Origin: an uncultured Acidobacteriota bacterium
Lineage (GTDB): Bacteria; Acidobacteriota; Vicinamibacteria; Fen-336
DNA: 64,000 nucleotides
Assembly (NCBI GenBank): GCA_963703985.1
Contig: CAVPGH010000001.1
Location: 3,051,338-3,115,337 of the forward strand
Direction of reading: 5' to 3'
Part shown: piece by piece, positions 16,705-26,759 of the stretch
How the letters are laid out: each line of letters starts with the position of its first letter
Position numbering within the stretch: the first letter of the stretch is position 1
Program-made: the position numbers and the translations under genes
Notes under the pieces: model-generated
What the model was told of the DNA's origin: nothing
The model's database searches: none
Seen by the model: only the letters and a program-made list of their open reading frames with translations

Positions 16705-19010
16705 CTACTTGATGCAGACCGCCCGCACCTGCTTGAAGTCGGTGATGCCGGCCACCACCTTCTGGATGCCGTCCTGCAGGAGCGTCGTCATCCCGTCCGC
16801 CATCGCCTGCTTGCGCAGGCTCTCGACCGGCTCGCGCTTCTGGATCTTGCGCTTCATCTCGTCGGTGCCCACGAGCAGCTCGTGGACGCCCATGCGGCCC
16901 TTGTACCCGCTCCCCCCGCACTTGGGGCAGCCCTTGGGCCGGTAGAGGCGGAAGCTCGGCGAGTAGCGGATCCCCAGCTTGTCCCAGGCCTCGAGCCCGT
17001 ACTCCTGCATCAGCTCCGCGAACTCCTCCTGGGTGGGGGCGTACTCCTCCTTGCAGTCCTTGCACAGGGTTCGCACCAGGCGCTGGGCGAGGATGCCGAG
17101 GAGGGCGTCCGCGAAGTTGAAGGGGTCGATGTCCATGTCGAGCAGCCGCGTGATCGTCTCGGGGGCGGAGTTCGTGTGGAGGGTGGAGAAGACGAGGTGG
17201 CCGGTGAGCGAGGCCTCGATGCCGGTGGCCGCGGTCTCGTGGTCGCGCATCTCGCCGACCATGATCACGTCGGGGTCGGCGCGCAGGAACGCGCGCATGG
17301 CGATCGCGAACGTGAAGTCGATCTTGGGGTGCACCTGGACCTGGCGCAGCCCGGGCTGGGTGATCTCGACCGGGTCCTCGGCCGTCCAGATCTTCGTGTC
17401 CACGCTGTTGATGTAGCCGAGACCCGAGTGCAGCGTGGTGGTCTTGCCGGAGCCGGTGGGTCCCACGACGAGGCAGATGCCGTACGGCTTCTCGAGGATC
17501 TTCTTGAACTGCGTGATGTTCCACTCCGAGAAGCCCATCTTCTCGAGGGGGAGGGGCTTGCTGGCGGCGAGGATGCGCATCACCACGTCCTCGTTGCCCC
17601 CGGTGGTGGGGATGGTGGCCACGCGCAGCTCGATCGTGCCCATGGGGCCCTTGAAGCGGATCTTGCCGTCCTGGGGCCGGCGCTTCTCCGCGATGTCGAG
17701 CTTGGACATGATCTTCAAGCGCTGCACGATCGCGTTGCGGTGGGGGGCGGGGATCTCGATGTACTTCTGGCAGTCCCCGTCCACCCGGAAGCGCACGACG
17801 GTGGGGGCGGTCTTGCCGTAGGGCTCGACGTGGATGTCGGAGGCCCCCTTGTTGTACGCGTCGATGATGATCTGGTTGGCGAGCTTCACGATCCCGCTGT
17901 CGGTCTCGTCCACCTCGGGGGGCCCGGTGGGATCGGCCGTGCCTTCGACCTCGTCTTCCTCGCCCGTGCCCAGCTCCATGATGATGCGCCCGAGGTCCTG
18001 CTCCTCGACCACCGGGGCGGAGTCCCCGTAGCTCGCGCGGACGAAGTCGAGGATGTCGGTCTTGAGCCCGACCAGGAACTCGTGCCGGGGGGCGAGGTTC
18101 ATGGCCTTGATCGCGTCCAGACGGGTCAGGTCGTAGGGGTCCTCGACCGCCACGAAGAGCGTCCCTTCCTTCTTCTCGACGGGGGCGCAGATGTTCTTCT
18201 TCAGGAAGTCGATGGGGAGGCGGGCCTTCAGGTCCTCGGGCATCGTGCGGCCCTGGGGGTCCCAGAACGCGCAGTTGTAGAACTGCGCGTAGGCGCGGCC
18301 GATCTCCTCGCGCGGAATCTTGTAGTCGTCCTCCAGGACCTTGGTCACGTCGATCTGGTTGACCCGCGCGGTGGTGATCGCCTTCTCGACGTCCTTCTCG
18401 GAGATGAGGCCCTTGTCCACGAGGAAGCCGAACTTGGACGGCTTGTTCGTGCGCGCGGCCCGGTGCTGGTTGTAGAAGGCGATCCCCAGGATCTTGGCCA
18501 GCTCCTCCGCCGCCTCCTCGTCCTTGGGGCTGAAGGAGCCGGCCCCCCGCTTGTTGATGAGCTGCAGGACGCCCAGCAGGTACTTCTCGAAGAGGATGGG
18601 CGAGGAGAGGACCTGGGCCGTGCGGAAGCCCGGTGGCCTTGTCCCAGCGGGAGTCGAAGCGGAGGTTCGGGTGGAGGCGGGCGAGCTCGGCGGCGTCGTA
18701 GGCGTTCTGGATGTTGACGGTCTTGCGGGAGAGGGCGGTGAAGCCCGCGATCGAGCGCGAAGGTCTTGGGGACGCGGATCTCCTTGACCTCCTGGCCGGC
18801 CTTGAAGAGCGAGAAGAGCTCCTGGTTCTTGGTGTCGAGGGCGAAGATGGTGACGCGCTCGGCGTCCACCAGGTCCAGGATCTTGTCCTTGATGTCGACG
18901 AGGATCTCCTGGATGCTGGGGGCGGAGTTGATCAGGTTGGCGATCTCGATCAGCCGCTTCCGGTAGGAAAGCTCGCGCTGCGTCGTGTCCCCCACGGTCC
19001 GGGTCGCCAT
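16705..19010 (-). pseudogene. GAF-domain GspE/PilB-family secretion ATPase, interrupted by two +1 frameshifts as assembled
   Basis: ORF 16705..19224 carries the T2SSE_N-like region, Walker A (GPTGSGKTTT), the Asp/His boxes and the tetracysteine motif (CKDC...CPKCGGSG). ORF 18345..19082 supplies the N-terminus, MATRTVGDTTQRELSYRKRLIEIANLINSAPSIQEILVDIKDKILDLVDAERVTIFALD (start of the GAF domain). My translation of a third frame over 18630-18754 gives SIAGFTALSRKTVNIQNAYDAAELARLHPNLRFDSRWDKATG, which joins the two pieces. The frame changes are at about 18755 and 18628. Confidence 0.8.
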
Positions 19011-19193
19011 CGGCGCCTCCTCGCTTGCCCTTGAGTGCAGACGACTTCCCGCGAGGATAACGACCGCACCGGGGAGGGTCAAGGATGGGGGTCACAGGCT
19101 CGCCGCCGGGCCGGGCCTCAGGCCGTCCGCGCGGGGTCGGGCTACCGGCGACCCGGGGCGGCGTGACGGGCCGCGTCCCTTCGCGTACTCTAT

Positions 19194-20114
19194 TTGAAGA
19201 TGCGACGGGGCGCGTGGTCGGCACTTCTTCTGTCCGTGTGGGTGGCGGGATCCGGCCGGGTGACGGCCGACGAAGCCTACCGGGCCGAGGTCCGCAAATG
19301 GCGGGAGGACCGCGAGTCCCGCCTGAAGGCCGACGGGGGATGGCTCACCGTGGCCGGCCTCTTCTGGCTGAAGGAGGGTGTGAACGCCTTCGGGTCGGAC
19401 CCGGCCGGCGATCTGGTTCTGCCCGCGGGGGCACCGGCGCGGGCCGGTGTGTTCGTGTTCGCCCGGGGCCGGACCACGGTCAGGCTCCAGCCCGGGGTCC
19501 AGGCCACGGTGGGGGGGACGCCGGTGACCACGAGGGAGCTCAAGTCCGACGAGAGCGGGTCCCCCGACGTGCTCGTCATGGGGCCCCTGACGTTCCAGAT
19601 CATCAAGCGCGGCGAGCGGTACGGGGTCCGGCTGAAGGACAACAACAGCGCGACCCGGAAGGCCTTCACCGGGCTGCGGTGGTACGACGTCCGCGAGGAC
19701 TACCGGATCACCGCCCGCTTCACTTCCTACCCGGCGCCCCGCCCGGTCAAGGTTCCGAACATCCTCGGGCAGAGCGAGCTCATGCCCAGCCCGGGCTTCG
19801 CCGTGTTCTCCTGGGGCGGGCAGGAGATCCGCCTGGAGGGCGTGCTCGAGGAGCCGCAGGCCGAGGAGCTCTTCTTCATCGTCCGCGACCAGACCTCGGG
19901 CAAGGAAACCTATCCGGCCGGGCGCTTCCTGTACGCGGATCTGCCCAAGCAGGGGAAGATCGTGCTGGACTTCAACAAGGCCTACAACCCCCCGTGCGCC
20001 TTCACGGCCTATGCCACCTGCCCTCTGCCTCCGCCCCAGAACTGGATGCCCGTCCGCATCGAGGCCGGCGAGCTCGAATACGGCTCCCACGGCAAGTCCG
20101 CCGCCACGAAGTAG
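19194..20114 (+). CDS. DUF1684 domain protein, secreted
   Basis: ORF 19194..20114. The segment FFIVRDQTSGKETYPAGRFLYADLPKQGKIVLDFNKAYNPPCAFTAYATCPLPPPQNWMPVRIEAGE is the DUF1684 signature. Confidence 0.75.
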   Translation: MKMRRGAWSALLLSVWVAGSGRVTADEAYRAEVRKWREDRESRLKADGGWLTVAGLFWLKEGVNAFGSDPAGDLVLPAGAPARAGVFVFARGRTTVRLQPGVQATVGGTPVTTRELKSDESGSPDVLVMGPLTFQIIKRGERYGVRLKDNNSATRKAFTGLRWYDVREDYRITARFTSYPAPRPVKVPNILGQSELMPSPGFAVFSWGGQEIRLEGVLEEPQAEELFFIVRDQTSGKETYPAGRFLYADLPKQGKIVLDFNKAYNPPCAFTAYATCPLPPPQNWMPVRIEAGELEYGSHGKSAATK

Positions 20115-20133
20115 GGCCTTCTTCGGCCCGCTC

Positions 20134-20799
20134 TCACTTCACCGCGAACACCAGGAAGTACTGGTAGGGAAGGAACGTGTGCTCCGCCGCCAGGCGGAGG
20201 CCCGCCCCTTCCATCTCTTTCACCACGTCCTCGCGGGCGATCTTCATCTCCAGGGGCGGGCCGAAGGGGAGCGGGCGCTTGTGGAAGTCGACGATCGCGA
20301 TCCTCCCCCCCGCCCGCAGCATGCGCTTCATCAGGCCCAGGTACTTCGGCCGCTCCTCGATGTGGTGCCAGGTGTCGCAGATGAAGAAAAGGTCGACCGA
20401 AGCGTCCAGGAGCAGGGGATCGTCGGGGGCGGAAAGGACCGTGCGCACGTTCGCGATCCCCACCTCGCGCAGCCGGCGATTGAGGTACAGGATCATGTCC
20501 GGACTGATGTCCACGCCGAAGACCCAACCGGTGTCGCCCACCGCCTTGGCCAGGCGGACCGTGAAATAGCCGGAGCCTGCTCCGATGTCGGCGACCGCCT
20601 CCCCCGTCTTCAGGGCGAGCGCAGCCACCACCTGCTCGGGCTTCTGGTAGGCGTCTCGCCCCGGGTCCTCGAGCATCGCGATGTAGGCCTTGGGGTCGCG
20701 ATGCACGGCGTGCATCTCGTGAGGGCTGTGGGCCGCCTGGTCCTGTGCCCCCGACGGAGGAGTGAAAAGCAGGAGGACGACCGACAGGGGTCGCATCAT
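20134..20799 (-). CDS. Class I SAM-dependent methyltransferase with N-terminal signal-like segment
   Basis: These are the last 221 codons of ORF 20134..21633, starting at MMRPLSVVLLLF. SAM motif I is present (VADIGAGSGYFT). The start overlaps the upstream stop by 4 nt. Confidence 0.7.
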   Translation of the reverse strand: MMRPLSVVLLLFTPPSGAQDQAAHSPHEMHAVHRDPKAYIAMLEDPGRDAYQKPEQVVAALALKTGEAVADIGAGSGYFTVRLAKAVGDTGWVFGVDISPDMILYLNRRLREVGIANVRTVLSAPDDPLLLDASVDLFFICDTWHHIEERPKYLGLMKRMLRAGGRIAIVDFHKRPLPFGPPLEMKIAREDVVKEMEGAGLRLAAEHTFLPYQYFLVFAVK

Positions 20800-22043
20800 T
20801 GGATTTCGCCCACCCCTTCGAGCAGACGGTCCACTTCCTCCTCGGTGGTGTAGCAGGCGGCGCCGGCACGGACGACGCCGTGCTCGGCCTGGCCGAGCCG
20901 CTGGATGACGGTGGCCGCGTAGAAGTCGCCGTGCGACAGGAAGAGGGCTCGTCGAGCCAGGGCCGTGGCCACCTCCGCCGCGGTCCGGCCGGCGACGGTG
21001 AACGCGACCGTGGGAGTGCGCGGGCGCGAGGGCGGCGGGCCGTAGAGCGTCACCCCGGGCACGTCCCCGAGCCCCCGCCACAACCGCTCGACGAGCTGCT
21101 GCCCGCGCTCGTGGAGCGCGGCGAAGGTCCGGCCCAGGGCGGCGCGGCGGTCGCTTCCTCCGGACAGGGAGGCCAGGAAGTCGACGGCTGCTCCCGCCCC
21201 GACGATGCCCTCGTGATTCAGGGTGCCCGTCTCCAGGTGCTCCGGGGGGAGGTCGGAGGCCGGCGCCAACTTGGGCACGTCCAGCGCCGCGAGAAGCTCG
21301 TGGCGCCCGTAGAGCACGCCCACGTGGGGCCCGTAGAACTTGTAGGCCGAGCAGGCGAGGAAATCGCAGCCGAGGGCCTTGACGTCGACGAGCGCGTGGG
21401 GCGCGTAGTGGACGGCATCCACGAAGACGAGGGCTCCGCGCTCCCGGGCGCGCGCGGCGAGCCGGGGCACGTCGTTGATCGTGCCCAGGGCGTTGGCGGC
21501 GGCCCCGATCGCCACGAGCCGTGTCCGCGCGGAGAGGGTCTGCTCGAAATGTTCGAGGTCCAGCTCGCCCGACTCCGGATGGAAGCGCACCGCGCGAACG
21601 GTCAGTCCCCGCTCCCGCTCCAGGGCGCGCCACGTGTCCGCGTTGGCGTGGTGGTCGAGCTCGGTGACCACGATCTCGTCGCCGGGGGAAAAGCGCCGGC
21701 CGAGGGCGCGGCCGAGGTGGAAGGTGAGCGACGTCATGTTCGCGCCGAAGACGATCTCGCCCGGCGTCGCGCCCAGGAGGTCGGCGAGCGCCGCCCGTGC
21801 CGCCTGGAGCGCTTCATCGGTCTCGGCGCTGGTGGGATAGAGCCAGTGGGTGTTCGCGTTGTGGTGGAGCAGGTAGTCGCTCACCGCGGCCGCGACCTCG
21901 CGCGGCACCTGGGTGCCTCCGGGACCGTCGAAGTAGGCGACGGGCCGTCCGTCGTGGCGGCGCTCGAGGGCGGGGAAGCGGGCGCGGATGGCCTCCACGG
22001 ATGCGACCGTCCGGGCGTTCGAGACTTCGGGAATGCTGGTCAC
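20796..22043 (-). CDS. Aminotransferase class V, cysteine desulfurase-like protein
   Basis: This is ORF 20796..22157 taken from the GTG at 22043, which has a GGAGG upstream. Supporting segments: FDGPGGTQVP, HHANADTW, FVDAVHYAPH, and the PLP-lysine context CSAYKFYGPHVGVLYG. Confidence 0.7.
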   Translation of the reverse strand: MTSIPEVSNARTVASVEAIRARFPALERRHDGRPVAYFDGPGGTQVPREVAAAVSDYLLHHNANTHWLYPTSAETDEALQAARAALADLLGATPGEIVFGANMTSLTFHLGRALGRRFSPGDEIVVTELDHHANADTWRALERERGLTVRAVRFHPESGELDLEHFEQTLSARTRLVAIGAAANALGTINDVPRLAARARERGALVFVDAVHYAPHALVDVKALGCDFLACSAYKFYGPHVGVLYGRHELLAALDVPKLAPASDLPPEHLETGTLNHEGIVGAGAAVDFLASLSGGSDRRAALGRTFAALHERGQQLVERLWRGLGDVPGVTLYGPPPSRPRTPTVAFTVAGRTAAEVATALARRALFLSHGDFYAATVIQRLGQAEHGVVRAGAACYTTEEEVDRLLEGVGEIQ

Positions 22044-22065
22044 ACGACCTCCGACGGCGAGGATA

Positions 22066-22785
22066 TCAAACCCGCGGTCCGGTGCGCCGGGGCGCCGCCG
22101 ACGCGGCGATGCCGAGCTGGCCGAGCCAGTAGAGGACGATGATCGGGTAGCCCACACCCGCGATGCTCCCCCGGAAGCGATCCAGCGCGATCAGCGTGTC
22201 GCTCGCCGCGAAGAGCACGGCGCCGGCGAGGCCCAGCCAGGCGGGGAGCGACGCCGGACCGAAGCCGTCGATCCGGGCGGCGGCGCGCCACATCATGACG
22301 GAGATCGCCACCGCGTAGGCGAGGACGGGTACGGCGAAGGCCCCGAGGTGCGGCCGGAGGAGGAGATAGAGCCCTGCCCCGTAGAGGGCGAAAGGAAGCG
22401 CGCGCCATCCGGCGGCCCGGCTCGAGTCCGCGAGGAAGGCGAGGGCATAGGCGACGTGGGCGAGCAGGAAAGCCGCGAGCCCGGGCAGGAAGAGGCCGAG
22501 CTCGAGGAGCACATCGCCCCCGGCGGAGAGGAGGAGGCCCGTGGCCACGAAGCGTGCGAGCGGGCCGGCGACACCCGTGAGGACCCACCTCGCCAGACAA
22601 AGGACGGGGACCGCCTTGGTGGCGAGGCGCAGGGTCGCCGACGGCAGGGCCAGGCCCACGAGGTAGGCGAGGGCGCCCGCGAAGCCGACGGCGACGAGCC
22701 GCCGGCCGGGAAGGGTCGGGACCCCGGGCCGCAGAAGGACCAGAGCTTCACGGTAGCATTCCTGCGTGGTTCCCGCGCTGCCCAT
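22066..22785 (-). CDS. YhhN-family (lysoplasmalogenase-like) membrane protein
   Basis: This is the C-terminal ~230 codons of ORF 22066..23292. It has 7-8 TM segments. The segments LLSAGGDVLLE...AFLLAHVAYALAF...LFAASDTLIALDRF are YhhN-like. The start is uncertain: the ATG at 22785 would overlap the divergent hrpB start by 20 nt. Confidence 0.6.
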   Translation of the reverse strand: MGSAGTTQECYREALVLLRPGVPTLPGRRLVAVGFAGALAYLVGLALPSATLRLATKAVPVLCLARWVLTGVAGPLARFVATGLLLSAGGDVLLELGLFLPGLAAFLLAHVAYALAFLADSSRAAGWRALPFALYGAGLYLLLRPHLGAFAVPVLAYAVAISVMMWRAAARIDGFGPASLPAWLGLAGAVLFAASDTLIALDRFRGSIAGVGYPIIVLYWLGQLGIAASAAPRRTGPRV

Positions 22786-25075
22786 CGACGGCCACCTGTC
22801 GGGGATCCGCGAGTCCCTGGGTCGCCACCGGCGGCTCGTGCTCGTTGCCCCCCCGGGAGCGGGCAAGACCACCCGGGTGCCCCCCGCGCTCGTGGACGAC
22901 GGAGCCGTGTTCCTGCTCCAGCCGCGCCGCGTGGCCGCGCGATCGATCGCCGCGCGCATCGCGGCGGAGCAGGGCCAGACCCTCGGCCGCGAGGTGGGCT
23001 TCGAGGTGCGCTTCGAGCGCCAGCTCTCCGCGGACACCCGGCTCCTCGTCGCCACCGAGGGGATCCTGACCCGCCGGCTGCAGCGCGATGCGCTCCTCGA
23101 GGGCTTCGCCACCGTGGTCCTCGACGAGTTCCACGAGCGCAGCCTGCACGCCGATCTCGCCTTGGCCTTCCTGAAGCAGGCGCTCGCCGCGCGGTCCGAC
23201 CTGCGCGTGCTCGTGATGTCGGCCACGCTCGACGCGGGTCCGGTCGCGGGCTTCCTCGGAGGCTGCCCCGTCCTCGAAGTGGACGTAGGCACCCATCCCG
23301 TGGACGTGCGCTACGCTCCCGGCCTCTCGCCCGAGGCGGCGGTGCGCCAGGCGATGGAGGAGCCCGGGGGCCACGTCCTCTGCTTCCTGCCCGGGGCGGG
23401 CGAGATCCGGGAGGTCCAGGCCCGGCTCTCGGGGCTGCCCGTCCACCCGCTGCACGGCTCTCTCCCCGCGGCCGAGCAGGATGCCGCGCTGCGCCCCGGG
23501 CCGGGCCGGAAGGTGATCCTGGCCACGAACATCGCGGAGACCTCGATCACGGTCGACGGCGTGACCCACGTCGTCGATTCGGGCTGGCAGAAGGTCCTGC
23601 GTTACGACCCCGCGCGGGGGCTGGACCGGCTGGAGACCGAGCGCGTGAGCGCCGATGCGGCGGAGCAACGGAAGGGCCGCGCCGGCCGCACGGGGCCCGG
23701 CCACGCGGTGCGCCTGTGGGATGCCCGTGACCGCCTGCGCCCGCAGCGCGAGCCGGAGATCGAACGCGTGGACCTCGCGGGCCCCGCGCTCGAGGTCGTG
23801 GCCTGGGGTGGGGATCCGCTCGAGTTCGAGTGGTTCGAGGCCCCTTCCCCCGAGCGACTGCGCTCCGCCCTGTCGCTCCTGGAGCGACTCCAGGCCATCG
23901 AGGGCCGGCGACTGACCGCTCTGGGTGAGCGCATGCGGGCCCTGCCGCTGCCGCCGCGCCTGGCCCGGGTGTTCGTCGAAGCCGGCGAGACGCCGCGGGC
24001 GGCGGCGGCCTGCGCCTGGCTGGCGGAGCGGCGGCCGGGCCCGGTCGGGGGCGAGGGCGTGACCACGGACTCAGACGTGCTCCCGCTCCTGGACCGGATG
24101 GACTCCGCCCCCTGGAGGGTGCGGCAAGCGGCGCGGCAGCTCGCGCGCATCGGAGAGAGTGCGGGGAAGGGCGGCCCGCCGGTGGAGACCGACGACCTCA
24201 CGCTCCGTCGCGCGCTGTGGGCGGGATTCCCCGATCGCCTCGCCCGGAGGCGCGGGGCGGGCTCCTCCCGCCTCGTCCTCGCGTCCGGGCACGGAGCCGT
24301 GCTCGCCCGCGAGAGCGGCGTGCGGACGGCGGAGCTCGTCGTCGCCCTCGACGTAGCGGCAGGCCCTTCCGGGCCGGGCTCGGAGGCGCTCGTCCGCGTG
24401 GCCAGCCGCGTGGAACGCGAGTGGGTGAGACCGACGGCCACGGAGGTCGTCCACCGACTGGAGGGCGACGCCGTCCGCGCCTTCGCCCGCGAGCTCTACC
24501 AGCAGCTCGTCCTCGAAGAGCGCCCGGTGGCGCCCGACCCGGAGAAGTGCGCGCCCCTCATCGTGGAAGCCCTGCGCCGGCGGGGCCTCGGCGACGAGGG
24601 TGAGCGCGTCCGGCGCCGTCTGCGTTTCGCCGGCACCGCGGTCGACCTCGATCAGCTGCTCCTCGAGGCGAGCACCGGACGCACGCGCGTACCGGCGTTG
24701 GACCTCGCGGGGCTGCTATCCCACTCGCAGCGACGGGAGCTGGAGCGGCTCGCCCCGGAGACGATCCCGCTGCCCAGCGGGCGGGCGGCACGGCTCGACT
24801 ACCGCGATGACGGGAGCGTCGCGGCGGCGGTCAAGCTGCAGGAGCTGTTCGGGCTCGCGGACGCGCCGCGGATCGGACCAAGGAGCGAGGCGATCACCCT
24901 CGAGCTGCTCGCTCCCAACGGGCGGCCGGTGCAGACGACGCGCGATCTGCGGAGCTTCTGGGAGCGGACCTACCCCGAGGTGCGAAAGGAGCTGCGGGGC
25001 CGGTATCCGAGGCACCCGTGGCCGGACGATCCGTGGACGGCCATCCCCACCCACCGGACCCGGAAGAGCCGGTGA
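22766..25075 (+). CDS. hrpB: ATP-dependent RNA helicase HrpB (DEAH-box)
   Basis: ORF 22766..25075. Motifs: APPGAGKTTRVP, VLDEFHERS, ATNIAETSITVDGV and QRKGRAGRTGPG. The C-terminal HrpB region is present. Confidence 0.85.
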   Translation: MVPALPIDGHLSGIRESLGRHRRLVLVAPPGAGKTTRVPPALVDDGAVFLLQPRRVAARSIAARIAAEQGQTLGREVGFEVRFERQLSADTRLLVATEGILTRRLQRDALLEGFATVVLDEFHERSLHADLALAFLKQALAARSDLRVLVMSATLDAGPVAGFLGGCPVLEVDVGTHPVDVRYAPGLSPEAAVRQAMEEPGGHVLCFLPGAGEIREVQARLSGLPVHPLHGSLPAAEQDAALRPGPGRKVILATNIAETSITVDGVTHVVDSGWQKVLRYDPARGLDRLETERVSADAAEQRKGRAGRTGPGHAVRLWDARDRLRPQREPEIERVDLAGPALEVVAWGGDPLEFEWFEAPSPERLRSALSLLERLQAIEGRRLTALGERMRALPLPPRLARVFVEAGETPRAAAACAWLAERRPGPVGGEGVTTDSDVLPLLDRMDSAPWRVRQAARQLARIGESAGKGGPPVETDDLTLRRALWAGFPDRLARRRGAGSSRLVLASGHGAVLARESGVRTAELVVALDVAAGPSGPGSEALVRVASRVEREWVRPTATEVVHRLEGDAVRAFARELYQQLVLEERPVAPDPEKCAPLIVEALRRRGLGDEGERVRRRLRFAGTAVDLDQLLLEASTGRTRVPALDLAGLLSHSQRRELERLAPETIPLPSGRAARLDYRDDGSVAAAVKLQELFGLADAPRIGPRSEAITLELLAPNGRPVQTTRDLRSFWERTYPEVRKELRGRYPRHPWPDDPWTAIPTHRTRKSR

Positions 25076-25099
25076 GGCTCCTCGCCGGTCGTCGTCCTG

Positions 25100-25438
25100 T
25101 CAGGCCGACGCAGAGATGAGGCTGCGCAAGTGCTCCTGGACGGGCGGGGGTACGGGGCCCCACTGCAGTCCATAGCGCACGTCGGAGCCGCTCCCGCGCT
25201 CGGGAAGCGCATCACCCCAGACGATCACCCCCGAAGCCTGGAACGGCTGCGGCTCACGGGCGAAGCTGAGCCGCAGGACGATGTTCTCGCCCACCTTGAA
25301 GCGCCCGTTCGTCCAGACACAGACGCCCGCCTCCGAGATGTTGGCCACCACCCCGTAAGCAAACGGCAGGCCCTGGTTCTCGATCACGACGGTGATCGCG
25401 TTCCGGGGGGTGATGCGGACGGCACTCCTTTCCTTCAT
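25100..25438 (-). CDS. PilZ domain protein
   Basis: This is ORF 25100..25486 taken from MKERSAVRITPRN. It has the RxxxR motif (RITPR) and the N-x-S-x-x-G motif (NISEAG). Confidence 0.7.
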   Translation of the reverse strand: MKERSAVRITPRNAITVVIENQGLPFAYGVVANISEAGVCVWTNGRFKVGENIVLRLSFAREPQPFQASGVIVWGDALPERGSGSDVRYGLQWGPVPPPVQEHLRSLISASA

Positions 25439-25578
25439 TCCCAACCCCCATCGGCGCTGGTGTCCCCTACGAGACACCCCGCCCAACTTTCACGCCTCAG
25501 GGCTGGGAGGGTTGGCGGCGAGCCCCGCGCGTACGAACCTGCACAGTACTTAAGCCTAAGCCCGCTAGACCCGCCGGG

Positions 25579-26565
25579 TCAAGGCGAGCAAGCCACGACC
25601 GACCCTCCCCGCGCCGCCGAGCTCCGGGCCCCGGTCAGGCCGTCCTCGGTATCCGGGAATCGGTTGCCCGAAGAGCGCTGCAGCATCAGCGTGATCGCGA
25701 GCTTCTCGCGGGCGGAAAGGTCCACCGTGTCGTAAAGCTCGGGGCCGTTCCACATCACGTCCCCCACGCGGGGCGAATGGGAGAGGCCGAAAGCGTGGCC
25801 GATCTCGTGGACGTTCAAGGGCACGCGGCGGGCCAGCTCGACGCTGCGCAAGGTGATGCGAGCCCGCGCGATGGCCCCGCCCGAGTACTGACGGCGGGTC
25901 ACTCCGGCCGCGCCCCGGGCCACGATCACGGAATCGGAGGGATCCACGTCGAGATCGACCACCGCCCCCGCGGCCGACGCGTCTCCGAGGACGAACAGCA
26001 CCTGGCCGCGCGTCGCCGCGCTCCAGAGCTGGGCGGCTTCCTCGATGGCCGCGAGCGCCCCCTTGTCGGCCTCAAGGTCGCGCGAGGGGCGGAGGGCGAC
26101 GACCCCCTGGGGAACGCGGCCCAGGGGTTCCCCCAGGTCCAGGCAGCGGGGGTCGGTACAGTTGTAGACCAGCCGGGCGGTGTACTCCTCGTCGATCCCG
26201 GTGGGGCTCGTCCGCGGCCACAGGGTGAAGCGATCGACGCGCGCGAGCGCGCGGCGCTCGAGGAACCCGGTGGCGTCGACGTCGAGTCCGGTGGCTGCCC
26301 GCTCGACGGCGACCTGCCCGGCGCCGTTCGTCAGGTACGCGCGTCCCTCGATCGTGACGCGCGCGGACGCCACCGGCTCCTCGCTCTCACCCGAGACGAA
26401 CGTCAGGAGCGCGGGGCCAGTGAGGACGGGGGCAGAGCCGGCGGGGATCCGCGTGGGGCCGGAGGGGTCGGGGGCGGAGAGCACCGAAGCATCGCCCATC
26501 ATGGGGGCGGCGTTGTGACAGCCGACACAGATGAGAAGGCCGAGCCCGAGGGCCACTCGCCGCAT
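25579..26565 (-). CDS. Metzincin-type zinc metalloprotease lipoprotein
   Basis: This is ORF 25579..26592 taken from MRRVALGLGLLICVGC (lipobox). It carries the motif HEIGHAFGLSH (HExxHxxGxxH). Confidence 0.7.
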   Translation of the reverse strand: MRRVALGLGLLICVGCHNAAPMMGDASVLSAPDPSGPTRIPAGSAPVLTGPALLTFVSGESEEPVASARVTIEGRAYLTNGAGQVAVERAATGLDVDATGFLERRALARVDRFTLWPRTSPTGIDEEYTARLVYNCTDPRCLDLGEPLGRVPQGVVALRPSRDLEADKGALAAIEEAAQLWSAATRGQVLFVLGDASAAGAVVDLDVDPSDSVIVARGAAGVTRRQYSGGAIARARITLRSVELARRVPLNVHEIGHAFGLSHSPRVGDVMWNGPELYDTVDLSAREKLAITLMLQRSSGNRFPDTEDGLTGARSSAARGGSVVACSP

Positions 26566-26687
26566 CAGGTCCTCCGCACCAAGGTTGTGCAAGCCTCGGG
26601 CCAGCGCTTGCTCCCGCTCATCCGCCTCACCTTATCGAGGCGATGCGGCTCCCCGGCCACGGGATTTGTGTCCGGGGGGCGACGTGT

Positions 26688-26739
26688 GGCCGAAAAGCCG
26701 CCGACGGAATTTTGGAGAAAGAGGCGGCAATTTCCGTCG
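26688..26739 (-). terminator. Intrinsic terminator candidate after the M1 aminopeptidase gene
   Basis: On the minus strand, a CGACGGAAATTG ... CAAAATTCCGTCG stem (8+2 bp) is followed by GCGGCTTTTCGG. It lies 21 nt downstream of the stop at 26760. Confidence 0.45.
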
Positions 26740-26759
26740 CGGTGAACCGAAAATCGCCG

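Noticed and set aside
14038-16712. ORFs 14038..16107 (-) and 14541..16712 (+), each about 700 aa.
   Set aside because: Both overlap the 859-aa gene in alternative frames and have junk composition with no motifs. The 14100..16679 frame is the only one with a signal peptide, a ribosome-binding site and balanced composition.
16480-18717. A 745-aa + strand ORF opposite the GspE-like gene.
   Set aside because: It is an antisense shadow of a gene with unambiguous ATPase motifs.
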